Of a DNA stretch of 64,000 bases, positions 9,941 to 19,288 are shown one piece after another. Origin of the DNA: Vicinamibacteria bacterium (GTDB lineage: Bacteria; Acidobacteriota; Vicinamibacteria; Fen-336). The DNA is taken from the NCBI GenBank assembly GCA_963578825.1, contig CAUZDW010000003.1:88100-152099 (forward strand), written 5' to 3'. Both the position numbers and the translations under genes were made by a program. How positions within the stretch are numbered: position 1 is the first letter of the stretch; every line of letters starts with the position of its first letter. The notes beneath the pieces are model-generated. The model was given only the letters and a program-made list of their open reading frames with translations, made no database searches and was not told the DNA's origin.

Positions 9941-10530
9941 TCCTTCGACGCTTCTTGCTTGCCTGCGCCCTGGCCATGTTCGGCTTGCCTATTGCGCTGG
10001 CTGCCCAGGGCCTGGGTGACTTCGCGGCCCGTGAGCGGGCCCGTCGGGCGAGTGAGGCGAAGGATGACAAGGCGGATCCGCGCCCGGTCTATACGGACCA
10101 CGATCTGAAGGCGTACCGTCCCGCCGGCTCCGAGGACGACGATGGCGACGAAGACGGGGGCGAGCAAGGGCAAAGCGGGGAAAACGAGACCTCCGAGGAC
10201 GAGCGGCGACGACGCGCCGACCGGCAGCGCGTGCGCGGGCGCAACGATCCGAACCGCGCCCAGCGCGACGAGGCGAGCCGGGCCCAGTCGGAGGTGGATC
10301 AGATCGAGGCCCGGATCCGAACGCTGAACGGCAAGCTCAACCCGATGAGCCGGGACTACATCTACGGCCAGGCCCAAAGCGTCGACGCTGCCAACGAGGA
10401 GATCCAGGTCCGTCAGGAGCTGACCTCGCTCGAGGGGCAGCTCCAGGACGCCCGCCAGGATCTCGTGGAGGCCAACGCCGAGCTGTCGGACGCCGATCGC
10501 GGGGGATACAACCCGCAGGACGACGAGTAG
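9937..10530 (+). CDS. Hypothetical secreted coiled-coil protein
   Basis: Signal peptide ending ALA-AQ, VYTDHDL motif, heptad-rich C-terminus; ATGA overlap. Confidence 0.7.
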   Translation: MILRRFLLACALAMFGLPIALAAQGLGDFAARERARRASEAKDDKADPRPVYTDHDLKAYRPAGSEDDDGDEDGGEQGQSGENETSEDERRRRADRQRVRGRNDPNRAQRDEASRAQSEVDQIEARIRTLNGKLNPMSRDYIYGQAQSVDAANEEIQVRQELTSLEGQLQDARQDLVEANAELSDADRGGYNPQDDE

Positions 10531-10547
10531 GCCCCTCGCGGCCGCGC

Positions 10548-11957
10548 ATGGCCGACATCCTGATCGTCGAGGACAAGGAGTCTCTCCGCACGATGCTGCG
10601 GAAGACCCTGGAATCTCGCGGCTTCGTCGTCGATGAAGCCGCGGACGCCTACGAAGCCCGCCGACGCCTGCAAGCGGTTCGTTACCTGGTCGTTCTCACC
10701 GACCTGAAGCTCCCGGCGGGCAGCGGCCTCGACGTGCTCCGGGAGGCCCGCGAAGCGGACCCCGAGACGCCCGTCATCGTCATGACCGCCTTCGGGACGG
10801 TGGAGGAGGCCGTCCAGGCCATGAAGGACGGCGCCGCCGACTTCCTGACCAAGCCGGTGGACACCGACCACCTCCTGGTCCTTCTAGACCGTGCGGTGGA
10901 CCGCCGCCGCCTGATGACCGAGCTGGTGCTCCTCAAGGAGGAGCACCAGCGTCGCTTCGGCCTGCCGAAGGTCATGGGCGAGGACCCGGCGTTGAAGGAG
11001 GCGATGCTCGCGCTGCAGCGCGCGGCGGCGACGGACACGACGGTGCTTCTCCTTGGAGAGAGCGGCACCGGGAAGGAGCTGATGGCCCAGGCGCTCCACC
11101 AGCTCTCGGACCGGGCGAAAGGCCCGTTTGTGGCCATCAATTGTGCCGCCATTCCCGAGAACCTGCTGGAGAACGAGCTGTTCGGGCACGAGAAGGGTGC
11201 CTTCACGGGGGCCACCGCACGGAAGGTCGGCAAGGCGGAGCTCGCGAGCAAGGGCACGCTCTTCCTCGACGAGATCGGCGACATGCCCTTGCCGTTGCAG
11301 GGGAAGATCCTTCGGCTCGTCCAGGAGAGGCAGTTCGAGCGCGTGGGCGGCCTGCAGACGTTGACCGTGGACGTGAGGGTGGTCGCCGCCACCAACCGGG
11401 ACCTCCGGACACTGGTCGAGGAGAAGCAGTTTCGGGAAGATCTCTACTTCCGGCTTTCCGTCTTTCCCATCGAGATCCCGCCCCTCAGGCGCCGGCGCCG
11501 TGACGTGCTGCTTCTCGCCGATGCGTTTGTCGAGCGCTTCGGCCGCGAGATGGGTCGCCAGGGCCTGCGCCTCTCGGACGAGGCTCGTGCCGCGCTCAGC
11601 GAGCACACATGGCCAGGCAACGTCCGTGAGCTGCAGAATTGCCTCGAGCGCGCCTTCATCCTTTGCGACGGAACCACCATCGAGCCGGCACACCTGAGGC
11701 TCGAGTCCACGGTGAGAACCGGGCCCACGCTGGCGGACGTCGTGGACCTCTCCGGCCCCCTCCCCGAGGTGACGAAGAGGGTTGTGGCCCGGGCCGAAGA
11801 GGAGGCCATCGCTTCGGCCCTCAACGATACGAACGGCGACCGATCCGCGGCCGCGAGCCGCCTCGGTATCAGCCTCTCGACGCTGAACCGTCGCCTGCGC
11901 AAGGCCGAGGCCGAAGCCGAAACCGAGACGGAAGCCGAGGCCGAGACCGAGGGCTAG
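10548..11957 (+). CDS. Sigma-54-dependent response regulator (NtrC/PilR/AtoC family)
   Basis: Receiver domain, GESGTGKE, GAFTGA, FLDEIG, FREDLYFRL, WPGNVREL, Fis-type HTH. Confidence 0.95.
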   Translation: MADILIVEDKESLRTMLRKTLESRGFVVDEAADAYEARRRLQAVRYLVVLTDLKLPAGSGLDVLREAREADPETPVIVMTAFGTVEEAVQAMKDGAADFLTKPVDTDHLLVLLDRAVDRRRLMTELVLLKEEHQRRFGLPKVMGEDPALKEAMLALQRAAATDTTVLLLGESGTGKELMAQALHQLSDRAKGPFVAINCAAIPENLLENELFGHEKGAFTGATARKVGKAELASKGTLFLDEIGDMPLPLQGKILRLVQERQFERVGGLQTLTVDVRVVAATNRDLRTLVEEKQFREDLYFRLSVFPIEIPPLRRRRRDVLLLADAFVERFGREMGRQGLRLSDEARAALSEHTWPGNVRELQNCLERAFILCDGTTIEPAHLRLESTVRTGPTLADVVDLSGPLPEVTKRVVARAEEEAIASALNDTNGDRSAAASRLGISLSTLNRRLRKAEAEAETETEAEAETEG

Positions 11958-12181
11958 CGCTCGTCAGACTCTTCGGGCCCGCCCAACGGATGGAAGCCCT
12001 GCCAAGAACATAGTCAGTCATTCTGAGGAGCTCCACCTTGGACGTGCGACGAAGAATCTCTCCGTTGAGCTGACGGAGAGACTCTTCGCGCTCCCCCGAG
12101 ACGGCCGCGCTCAGAGTGACACACTTGTCCTTGCTGCGGCAACCGGCCATTGCCGGTTCCAGACTCTGAGTGACTCTCTCG

Positions 12182-13987
12182 TTACCGGAGCCTTTTCCAT
12201 TTCGTGCGCTGGTTGGCCTTGAGAATGCGCTTGCGCAGGCGGATGGCGGCGGGTGTCACCTCCACGAGCTCGTCGTCGCTGATGAACTCGAGCGCCTGCT
12301 CGAGGTTGAGCTGGCGGGGCGGTGTGAGGCGCACGGCCTCCTCCGACGTCGAGGCTCGCATGTTGGTGAGCTTCTTCGGCTTGGTCACGTTGACGTCGAT
12401 GTCGTCCTGGCGTGAGTTCTCGCCGGCGATCATTCCCTCGTACACCTCGGCGCCCGGTGCGAGGAAGAGCTCACCCCGATCCTCGAGGTTGGACAGCGCG
12501 TAGGCCGTGGTCTGCCCGGCCCGGTCGGCCACGAGCACCCCGGTCTGACGCCGCACGACGTCGCCCTGCCACTCCACCCAGCCCTCGAGCAGGCTGTTCA
12601 TCACCGCCGTTCCCCGGGTGTCGGTGAGGAGCTCGGTCCGGACTCCGATGAGGCCACGGGTGGGGACGTGAAAATCCAGCCGGATGCGCCCGGACCCGTG
12701 ATTCACCATCTTGACCATCTTGCCCTTGCGGAGCGCCATCTTCTCGAGCACGACCCCCATGAAGGTCTCCGCCACGTCGATCGAGAACAGCTCCAGCGGC
12801 TCGCGGCGCGCCCCGTCTCCCTCCCGCGTCAGGACCTCGGGGTTCGAGACGCCCATCTCGAAGCCCTCCCGGCGCATGGTCTCGATCAGCACCGCCAGCT
12901 GCAGCTCCCCGCGGCCGAGGACCTTGATGGCGTCGGCGCCACCCGTGCTCTCCACCCGGATAGACACGTTCGTCAGGAGCTCCTTCTCGAGCCGCTCGCG
13001 GATGTTCCGGGACGTCACCCATTTCCCTTCCCGGCCGGCGAAGGGCGACGTGTTCACCGAGAAGACCATGGCGATCGTGGGCTCGTCGATGTGAAGAGGC
13101 GGAAGCGGTGCCGGAGTCTCCTCCGACGTCACCGTCTCGCCGATCTGGATGCCGTCGAAGCCCGCCAGGGCGACGATCTCTCCGCAGGCCGCCTCCTGCG
13201 CCGGCACTCGCTCCAGGCCGTCGAACACGTAAAGCTTCGTCACCTTCGTCGTCCCGATCGATCCGTCCAGCTTCGCCACCGCCACGGTGTCGCCGACGCT
13301 CACGCGGCCGGAGAACACCCGGCCGATGGCGAGGCGTCCCAGGTAGTCGCTGTAGTCCAGGTTCGCGATGAGAAGCTGCAGGGTCCTACCCTCGTCTCCG
13401 CCCGGCGCGGGGATGTTGCTCACGAGGGCGTCGAAGAGCGGCTGGAGGTCCTTCCCCTGGCCGTCAGGCGTCGTGTTGGCGAATCCCGCCTTGGCGTTGG
13501 TGTAGAGCACGGGGAAGTCGAGCTGCTCCTCGGTGGCGTCGAGGTCGATGAAGAGGTCATAGATCTCGTCCAGGACCTCTTTGGGCCGCGCGTCGGACCG
13601 GTCGATCTTGTTGATGACCACCACCGGGGGCAGGCGAGCCTCGAGGGCCTTGCGGAGCACGTAACGTGTTTGCGGGAGCGGGCCCTCGGAGGCGTCGACG
13701 AGGAGCATCACCCCGTCGACCATCTTGAGCGCCCGCTCCACCTCGCCCCCGAAGTCGGCGTGGCCCGGGGTGTCGACGATGTTGATCTTCGTCTCGCCGT
13801 AGTGCACGGCGATGCTCTTAGCCAGGATCGTGATGCCCCGCTCGCGCTCGAGATCGCCCGAGTCGAGGACCCGTTCGCGGACCTCCTGGTTCTCCCGGAA
13901 GGCGCCACTCTGGCGCAGGAGCGTGTCCACGAGGGTGGTCTTTCCGTGGTCGACGTGGGCAATGATCGCGACGTTGCGGAGGCTCAT
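12182..13987 (-). CDS. typA: Translational GTPase TypA/BipA
   Basis: [49 protein letters not shown]. Confidence 0.97.
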   Translation of the reverse strand: MSLRNVAIIAHVDHGKTTLVDTLLRQSGAFRENQEVRERVLDSGDLERERGITILAKSIAVHYGETKINIVDTPGHADFGGEVERALKMVDGVMLLVDASEGPLPQTRYVLRKALEARLPPVVVINKIDRSDARPKEVLDEIYDLFIDLDATEEQLDFPVLYTNAKAGFANTTPDGQGKDLQPLFDALVSNIPAPGGDEGRTLQLLIANLDYSDYLGRLAIGRVFSGRVSVGDTVAVAKLDGSIGTTKVTKLYVFDGLERVPAQEAACGEIVALAGFDGIQIGETVTSEETPAPLPPLHIDEPTIAMVFSVNTSPFAGREGKWVTSRNIRERLEKELLTNVSIRVESTGGADAIKVLGRGELQLAVLIETMRREGFEMGVSNPEVLTREGDGARREPLELFSIDVAETFMGVVLEKMALRKGKMVKMVNHGSGRIRLDFHVPTRGLIGVRTELLTDTRGTAVMNSLLEGWVEWQGDVVRRQTGVLVADRAGQTTAYALSNLEDRGELFLAPGAEVYEGMIAGENSRQDDIDVNVTKPKKLTNMRASTSEEAVRLTPPRQLNLEQALEFISDDELVEVTPAAIRLRKRILKANQRTKWKRLR

Positions 13988-14083
13988 CGAGTCCTTTCGG
14001 TCGGGGACCGCTGCTCCCGGCACCGGACAGCGAGCATGCGGCAAACTATCGAGCGTAGCACAGTCTTTGTCGCCGTCTCCGAA

Positions 14084-14668
14084 TCAGTCGCCCATGAGCT
14101 GCCGGTACTGCTCCTTTGTGTTGATCCCGACCACACAGCCGGCGTCGCCCTCCACGTGAACCACGCGCTCCGCGTGGGCCTCGAGAACGGCTCGGGCGCC
14201 GCGATCGAGCGGTGCGGCGCGCAGGGCTCGAAGGGCCTCGTGCCCGAAGCCACCGGGGTGGCCACGGCGGCCCTGGTGGGTCGGGACCGCTGCAAAGGCG
14301 CCTTGCTCGAGAGCGGCCACGACCCGGTCGACGGTCCCCGGAGCGATCCGCGGGTGGTCCACCGGGTGAATCAAGACCGCCTCGGCGCCCAGCGCTTCCG
14401 CGGCGTCGAGGCCGCGCCACACGGACGAGAGCATCCCCTCCTGCCAGCGCTCGTTCGCGACGAGGGTCACCTCGTCGCTCGCACCGGATTCGGCGCGGAC
14501 TTGATTCGCACCGGCTCCGATGACGGCCACCACCGCCCCGATCCCGGGGCGGGCGAGGACTCGGCAGGCGTGGGCCAGAAACGATTCGTCGCCGATGGGC
14601 AGGAGGGCCTTCGGTGCGCCCATGCGACGCCCCTCGCCGGCGGCCAGCACGATGGCGACGATCCTCAC
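14084..14668 (-). CDS. Nucleotidyltransferase family protein (MocA/MobA-like)
   Basis: IVLAAGEGRRMGAPKALL, GMLSS, PVDHP, GHP motifs. Confidence 0.88.
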   Translation of the reverse strand: MRIVAIVLAAGEGRRMGAPKALLPIGDESFLAHACRVLARPGIGAVVAVIGAGANQVRAESGASDEVTLVANERWQEGMLSSVWRGLDAAEALGAEAVLIHPVDHPRIAPGTVDRVVAALEQGAFAAVPTHQGRRGHPGGFGHEALRALRAAPLDRGARAVLEAHAERVVHVEGDAGCVVGINTKEQYRQLMGD

Positions 14669-14747
14669 TCGAGCATTGGAACATGGATCGCCTGAGCGTT
14701 GACGCGTCCGGAACGCCACCCGTATGATCGGCAACGGAAGAGAAACC

Positions 14748-15677
14748 ATGCGCCCGAGACACTTCCTCTCGCTGAAGGACTGGTCGCCCGAGGAGCTCGT
14801 GGCGCTCTTCGATCTGGCCGCCGGCTTGAAGGCCCAGCCCGAGGGCTGGGCGGAAGCCCTCAAGGGCCGGTCGCTGGCGATGATCTTCCAGAAGCCCTCG
14901 ACCCGCACGCGGGTGTCCTTCGAGGTCGGGATGTCTCAGCTGGGAGGACGGGCCCTCTTCCTCGGCGCCGACGACGTCCAACTCCATCGGGGTGAGACGG
15001 TGGGAGACACGGCGCGCGTGCTGTCCCGCTATGTCGACGCCATCATGGCCCGGGTCTTCGCCCACCAGGATCTCCTCGACCTCGCTCGCCAGGGGACCGT
15101 CCCGGTGATCAACGGTCTGTCCGACCTCCTGCACCCGTGCCAGGCCCTGGCCGACTACTTCACCCTTCGGGAGAGACGTGGAGACGTGCGCGGCCTGAAG
15201 GTGGCCTACGTGGGCGACGGCAACAACGTGTGCCACGAGCAGATGTTCGGGGCGGTCAAGCTGGGGTGCACCATGAGCGTCGGCTGCCCTCCCGGCTACG
15301 AGCCCAACAAGCTCATCTTCAAGAGCGCGGCCCAAGAGGCGCAGAAGCTCGGCTCACCGGTGCCCGAGGTTTCGAACGACCCGATGGCGGCAGTGGCGGG
15401 GGCCGACGTCGTCTACACGGACGTCTGGACCTCGATGGGGCAGGAGAAGGAGAGCCAGAAGCGACTCCAGGACTTCCAGGGCTTCCAGGTCTCCCCGGAG
15501 ATGATGGCGGTGGCGAAGCCCGAGGCCATCTTCATGCACTGCTTGCCCGCGCACAGGGGTGACGAGGTCGACGCCTCGGTGATCGACGGCCCGCAGTCGG
15601 TCGTCTTCGACCAGGCCGAGAACCGCCTCCACGTGCAGAAGGCGATCCTGCTGACGTTGATGGGCGCCCTGGCCTAG
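14748..15677 (+). CDS. argF: Ornithine carbamoyltransferase
   Basis: KPSTRTRVSF, HPCQALAD, DVWTSMG, FMHCLP, QAENR. Confidence 0.97.
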   Translation: MRPRHFLSLKDWSPEELVALFDLAAGLKAQPEGWAEALKGRSLAMIFQKPSTRTRVSFEVGMSQLGGRALFLGADDVQLHRGETVGDTARVLSRYVDAIMARVFAHQDLLDLARQGTVPVINGLSDLLHPCQALADYFTLRERRGDVRGLKVAYVGDGNNVCHEQMFGAVKLGCTMSVGCPPGYEPNKLIFKSAAQEAQKLGSPVPEVSNDPMAAVAGADVVYTDVWTSMGQEKESQKRLQDFQGFQVSPEMMAVAKPEAIFMHCLPAHRGDEVDASVIDGPQSVVFDQAENRLHVQKAILLTLMGALA

Positions 15678-16762
15678 CCTTCGCTCCTCGCCATCGTCTT
15701 CAGGGCCTGGCGGATCTCGGTCCGTGTCACGTCGTCGCGGATGACCACCCGGCCGACGCTGGCTGGCAGGACGAAGACCACGCGACCGGCCTTCACCTTC
15801 TTGTCCCGTCCCAGCGCCTCGAGAACAGCCGCGGCCGGCAGGTCCGACATTCTCGGCCGCGGGCCCACCCTGGCCACCGCATCCACCATGCCCGCACAGG
15901 CTCTCTCGGTCAGCAGCCCGCGCTGCTGGGCGATGGCTGCTGCGCCGATGAGGCCCCAGCCCACCGCCTCGCCGTGGGTGAAGCGCCGGTACCGGGTCAG
16001 CGACTCCAGGGCATGGCCCAGGGTGTGGCCCAGGTTGAGGACGCGGCGCAAGCCCCCCTCGCGCTCGTCCCTCTCGACGACGTCCGCCTTGATGGTGCAG
16101 GCGGCGCCTATGGCGCTCTCGACGTCGGGCGGGGGCCAGCCGCTCAGACCCGGCGGCGCATTCTTCAGGGCGGAGAAGAGAGCCCGGTCGCCGAGGATGG
16201 CGCACTTCAAGACCTCGTATGCCCCGGCCCGCAGCTCACGCAGCGGCAGCGTCTCGAGGAGCGCCGGGTCGGCCACGACGGCCCGGGGCTGGTGGAACGC
16301 CCCGATGAGATTCTTGCCCGCGGGAAGGTTGATTCCCACCTTCCCCCCGATCGAGCTGTCGACCATCGACAGGAGTGTCGTGGGGAGGCCCACCCAGTCG
16401 ATCCCCCGCATGTAGGTGGCCGCGGCATAGCCCGCCATGTCTCCCACCACCCCGCCGCCGAGGGCCACGACCAGGCCGTCCCGGCCGAGGCGCGCTTTGA
16501 GAAACGCCTCGTACAGCCCCTCGAGGGTCTTCGGACCCTTGAACCGCTCCCCGTCCGGCACGAGCTTCACCTCGAGCGGTCCGAGGGACCGGAGCCCCTT
16601 CTCGATCGGCCGCCCATGGAGCCCAAACACCCGACGACTCGCCACCAGGACGATGCGTCGTCCCCGGAAAGCGGACAGCCGTTCGGGAAGGCGTCGGATG
16701 AGGCCCCGGCCCACCGAGACGGTGTAGCGCCGCGGGCCGAGCTCGACGGGGATCTCCAGCAT
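15674..16762 (-). CDS. aroB: 3-dehydroquinate synthase
   Basis: GGGVVGD, PTTLLSMVDSSIGGK, LNLGHTLGHALE, HGEAV. Confidence 0.96.
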   Translation of the reverse strand: MLEIPVELGPRRYTVSVGRGLIRRLPERLSAFRGRRIVLVASRRVFGLHGRPIEKGLRSLGPLEVKLVPDGERFKGPKTLEGLYEAFLKARLGRDGLVVALGGGVVGDMAGYAAATYMRGIDWVGLPTTLLSMVDSSIGGKVGINLPAGKNLIGAFHQPRAVVADPALLETLPLRELRAGAYEVLKCAILGDRALFSALKNAPPGLSGWPPPDVESAIGAACTIKADVVERDEREGGLRRVLNLGHTLGHALESLTRYRRFTHGEAVGWGLIGAAAIAQQRGLLTERACAGMVDAVARVGPRPRMSDLPAAAVLEALGRDKKVKAGRVVFVLPASVGRVVIRDDVTRTEIRQALKTMARSEG

Positions 16763-16806
16763 CGCGCGGCAGAATAGCATCTCCTGATAGACTGACCCCT
16801 TTGACC

Positions 16807-17828
16807 ATGGGCGCGACGAGCCAGCTATTCCCCTTCGCCGACTACTGGGCATTCTACGTCGGGTTCACGGCTTCGTGCTGGTCCTCTTGGCTCTCGACCT
16901 CGGGGTCTTCCACCGCACGCCCCACGCCGTCTCCATCCGAGAGGCCGCGCGCTGGAGCGTCGTGTGGGTGAGCCTCGCCCTCGCGTTCAACGTCGCCTTC
17001 TACCTGTACATGCGGTCGAGCTTCCCCCTCGATCCGCGCCTCATGGCGATCCCGGGCTTCGATCCACTGGTCGCCGCACGTCAGACGGCTCTCGAGTTCC
17101 TGGCTGGATACGTGGTCGAGTACTCGCTGTCTGTCGACAACATCTTCGTCTTCGTCGTGGTGCTCTCCTACTTTGGCGTCCCCGCCGCCTACCAGCACCG
17201 GGTCCTTTTCTTCGGCATCCTGGGGGCCCTGGTCTTCCGTGGAATCTTCATTGCACTGGGTGCGGTCCTGCTGCAGTTCGAGTGGGTGGTGTGGGTGTTC
17301 GGGGCCTTCCTCGTCTTCACCGGTGCTCGGATGATGTTCGGGGACGAGAGCGGGACCGTGGAGCCCCACGAGCGGGCGATCATTCGCCTCTTTCGGAAGT
17401 ACGTCCCGGTCACCGGAGTCTTCAAGGGGCAGCGGTTCTTCGTGCGCGAGGACGGACGGCTCCACGCCACACCTCTCTTGATTTCCCTTCTCTTCCTGGA
17501 GATGACGGACATCCTCTTCGCCATCGACTCGGTGCCGGCTATCTTCAGCCTCACCAGAGAGCCCCTGGTCGTCTACACGTCGAACATCTTTGCCATCCTG
17601 GGCCTGCGCAACCTCTACTTCCTCCTGGCCGGGGCTGTGGGCAAGTTCCACCTGCTCAAGTACGGCCTGGGGATCGTGCTCATCTTCGTCGGGCTCAAGA
17701 TGGCGATCCTGAACCGCCTGTGGGACGGACACTTTCCCATCTCCGTCTCCCTCGGCATCATAGTCAGCGTGATCGGCGCCTCGATCGCGCTGTCGCTTCT
17801 CTTCCCGAAGGCTGAGGAATCTCGCTGA
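16807..17828 (+). CDS. TerC/Alx family membrane protein (apparent frameshift near 16870)
   Basis: EYSLSVDNIFVF, QHRVLFFGILGA, DILFAIDSVPA. ATG 16807 gives FPFADYWAFYVGF but is out of frame with the ORF at 16875. Confidence 0.88.
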
Positions 17829-17830
17829 AC

Positions 17831-19276
17831 ATGGAAAACGATCGCGTCCTCAAAGAGATCACCCCGAAGAGCAGGGACTACTCCCAGTGGTACCTCGACG
17901 TCATCCTGAAGGCCGACCTGGCTGACTACGGTCCGGTCAAGGGGTGCATGGTCATCAAGCCCTACGGCTACGCCGTGTGGGAGGCGATGCAGCAGGACAT
18001 GGACCGGCGGATCAAGGAGACCGGCCACGTCAACGCCTACTTCCCTCTGCTCATCCCCAAGAGCTTTCTCGAGAAGGAGAAAGAGCACGTCCTTGGCTTC
18101 TCCCCCGAGTGCGCCTGGGTGACGGTGGGAGGGGGCGAGGAGCTCGAGGAGCCGCTGGCCATCCGGCCGACCTCCGAGGCCATGATCTGCTCCATGTACG
18201 CTAAGTGGGTCCAGTCCTGGCGCGACCTGCCGGTCTTGATCAACCAGTGGGCGAACGTCGTGCGCTGGGAGAAGGTGACAAGGCCCTTCCTCCGGACGAC
18301 CGAGTTCCTGTGGCAGGAAGGCCACACCCTCCACGAGACCGAGAAGGAGGCAGAGGAAGAAACCCTCAAGATGCTCGAGGTCTACCGCAGCTTCTCCGAG
18401 GAGATGCTCGCCATGCCCGTCATCTGGGGCCGCAAGAGCGACAGCGAGAAGTTCGCTGGTGCGCTCCGGACCTACGCGATCGAGGCCCTCATGGGTGACG
18501 GAAAGGCGCTCCAGGCCGGGACCAGCCATAACCTGGGCCAGCACTTCGCCACCGCCTACGGGATCGAGTACCTGGACCGCAGCCAGCAGCGCGCCAAGCC
18601 GTGGTCCACCTCATGGGGCACGTCGACCCGGATGATCGGCGGCGTGATCATGACCCACGGTGACGACGCCGGGCTCATCCTGCCCCCGAAGGTGGCCCCG
18701 TATCAGGTGGTCATCGTGCCGATCCCGCCCCGCAAGGGCGACTGGAACGAGGCGATCCTGCCCAAGGCCCGCGAGGTGGCGGCAACGCTGCGGGGCGCGG
18801 GGTTCCGCGTCCACCTCGACGACCGGGACCAGTTCCAGACCGGCTACAAGTACTCCGACTGGGAGATGCGGGGCGTGCCGTTTCGCCTCGAGATCGGCCC
18901 GAAGGACGTGGCGAAGGAGCAGTGTGTCCTCGTCCGTCGCACCGACCGGCACAAGGACTTCGTCCCCCTCGCCGGCGTGGCGAAGCGGCTGGGAGAGCTG
19001 CTCGATGAGCTGCAGACGGACCTCCTCGAGCGGGCCCGTCGGTTCATCGACGACAACACGACGCGGGTTTCGACCTACGACGAGCTCAAGGAGGTGATGA
19101 CGACGAAGCGCGGCTTCATCCTCGCCGGCTGGAATGGCGACGCCGCCACCGAGGCCAGGATCAAAGAGGAGACCAAGGCCACGATTCGCATCATCCCCAC
19201 CGAGAACGAGCGCGAGGCCCCGTGCGTCGTCACCGGGGAGAAGGGACAAGAGGTCTACTTCGCCCAGGCGTACTGA
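17831..19276 (+). CDS. proS: Proline--tRNA ligase (archaeal/eukaryotic type)
   Basis: PVKGCMVIKPYG, RPTSE, NQWANVVRWE, FLRTTEFLWQEGHT, QAGTSHNLGQ, C-terminal Y; no INS editing domain. Confidence 0.96.
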   Translation: MENDRVLKEITPKSRDYSQWYLDVILKADLADYGPVKGCMVIKPYGYAVWEAMQQDMDRRIKETGHVNAYFPLLIPKSFLEKEKEHVLGFSPECAWVTVGGGEELEEPLAIRPTSEAMICSMYAKWVQSWRDLPVLINQWANVVRWEKVTRPFLRTTEFLWQEGHTLHETEKEAEEETLKMLEVYRSFSEEMLAMPVIWGRKSDSEKFAGALRTYAIEALMGDGKALQAGTSHNLGQHFATAYGIEYLDRSQQRAKPWSTSWGTSTRMIGGVIMTHGDDAGLILPPKVAPYQVVIVPIPPRKGDWNEAILPKAREVAATLRGAGFRVHLDDRDQFQTGYKYSDWEMRGVPFRLEIGPKDVAKEQCVLVRRTDRHKDFVPLAGVAKRLGELLDELQTDLLERARRFIDDNTTRVSTYDELKEVMTTKRGFILAGWNGDAATEARIKEETKATIRIIPTENEREAPCVVTGEKGQEVYFAQAY

Positions 19277-19288
19277 GCGCCCTGCCGG

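Noticed and set aside
11904-11954. EAEAETETEAEAETE repeat as a functional repeat element
   Set aside because: Short low-complexity acidic tail with varied codons
11869-12150. 93-aa minus-strand ORF
   Set aside because: Overlaps the 3' end of the sigma-54 regulator, has no recognisable motif, and the region is better explained by RNA/DNA structure
12668-14695. Long antisense or alternative-frame ORFs (also 3672-5771, 25778-27601, 40546-42648, 61633-63639)
   Set aside because: Shadow ORFs expected at high GC, overlapping well-supported genes
17831-19276. Archaeal/eukaryotic-type ProRS as recent horizontal transfer
   Set aside because: This type is widespread in bacteria and the codon usage is host-like
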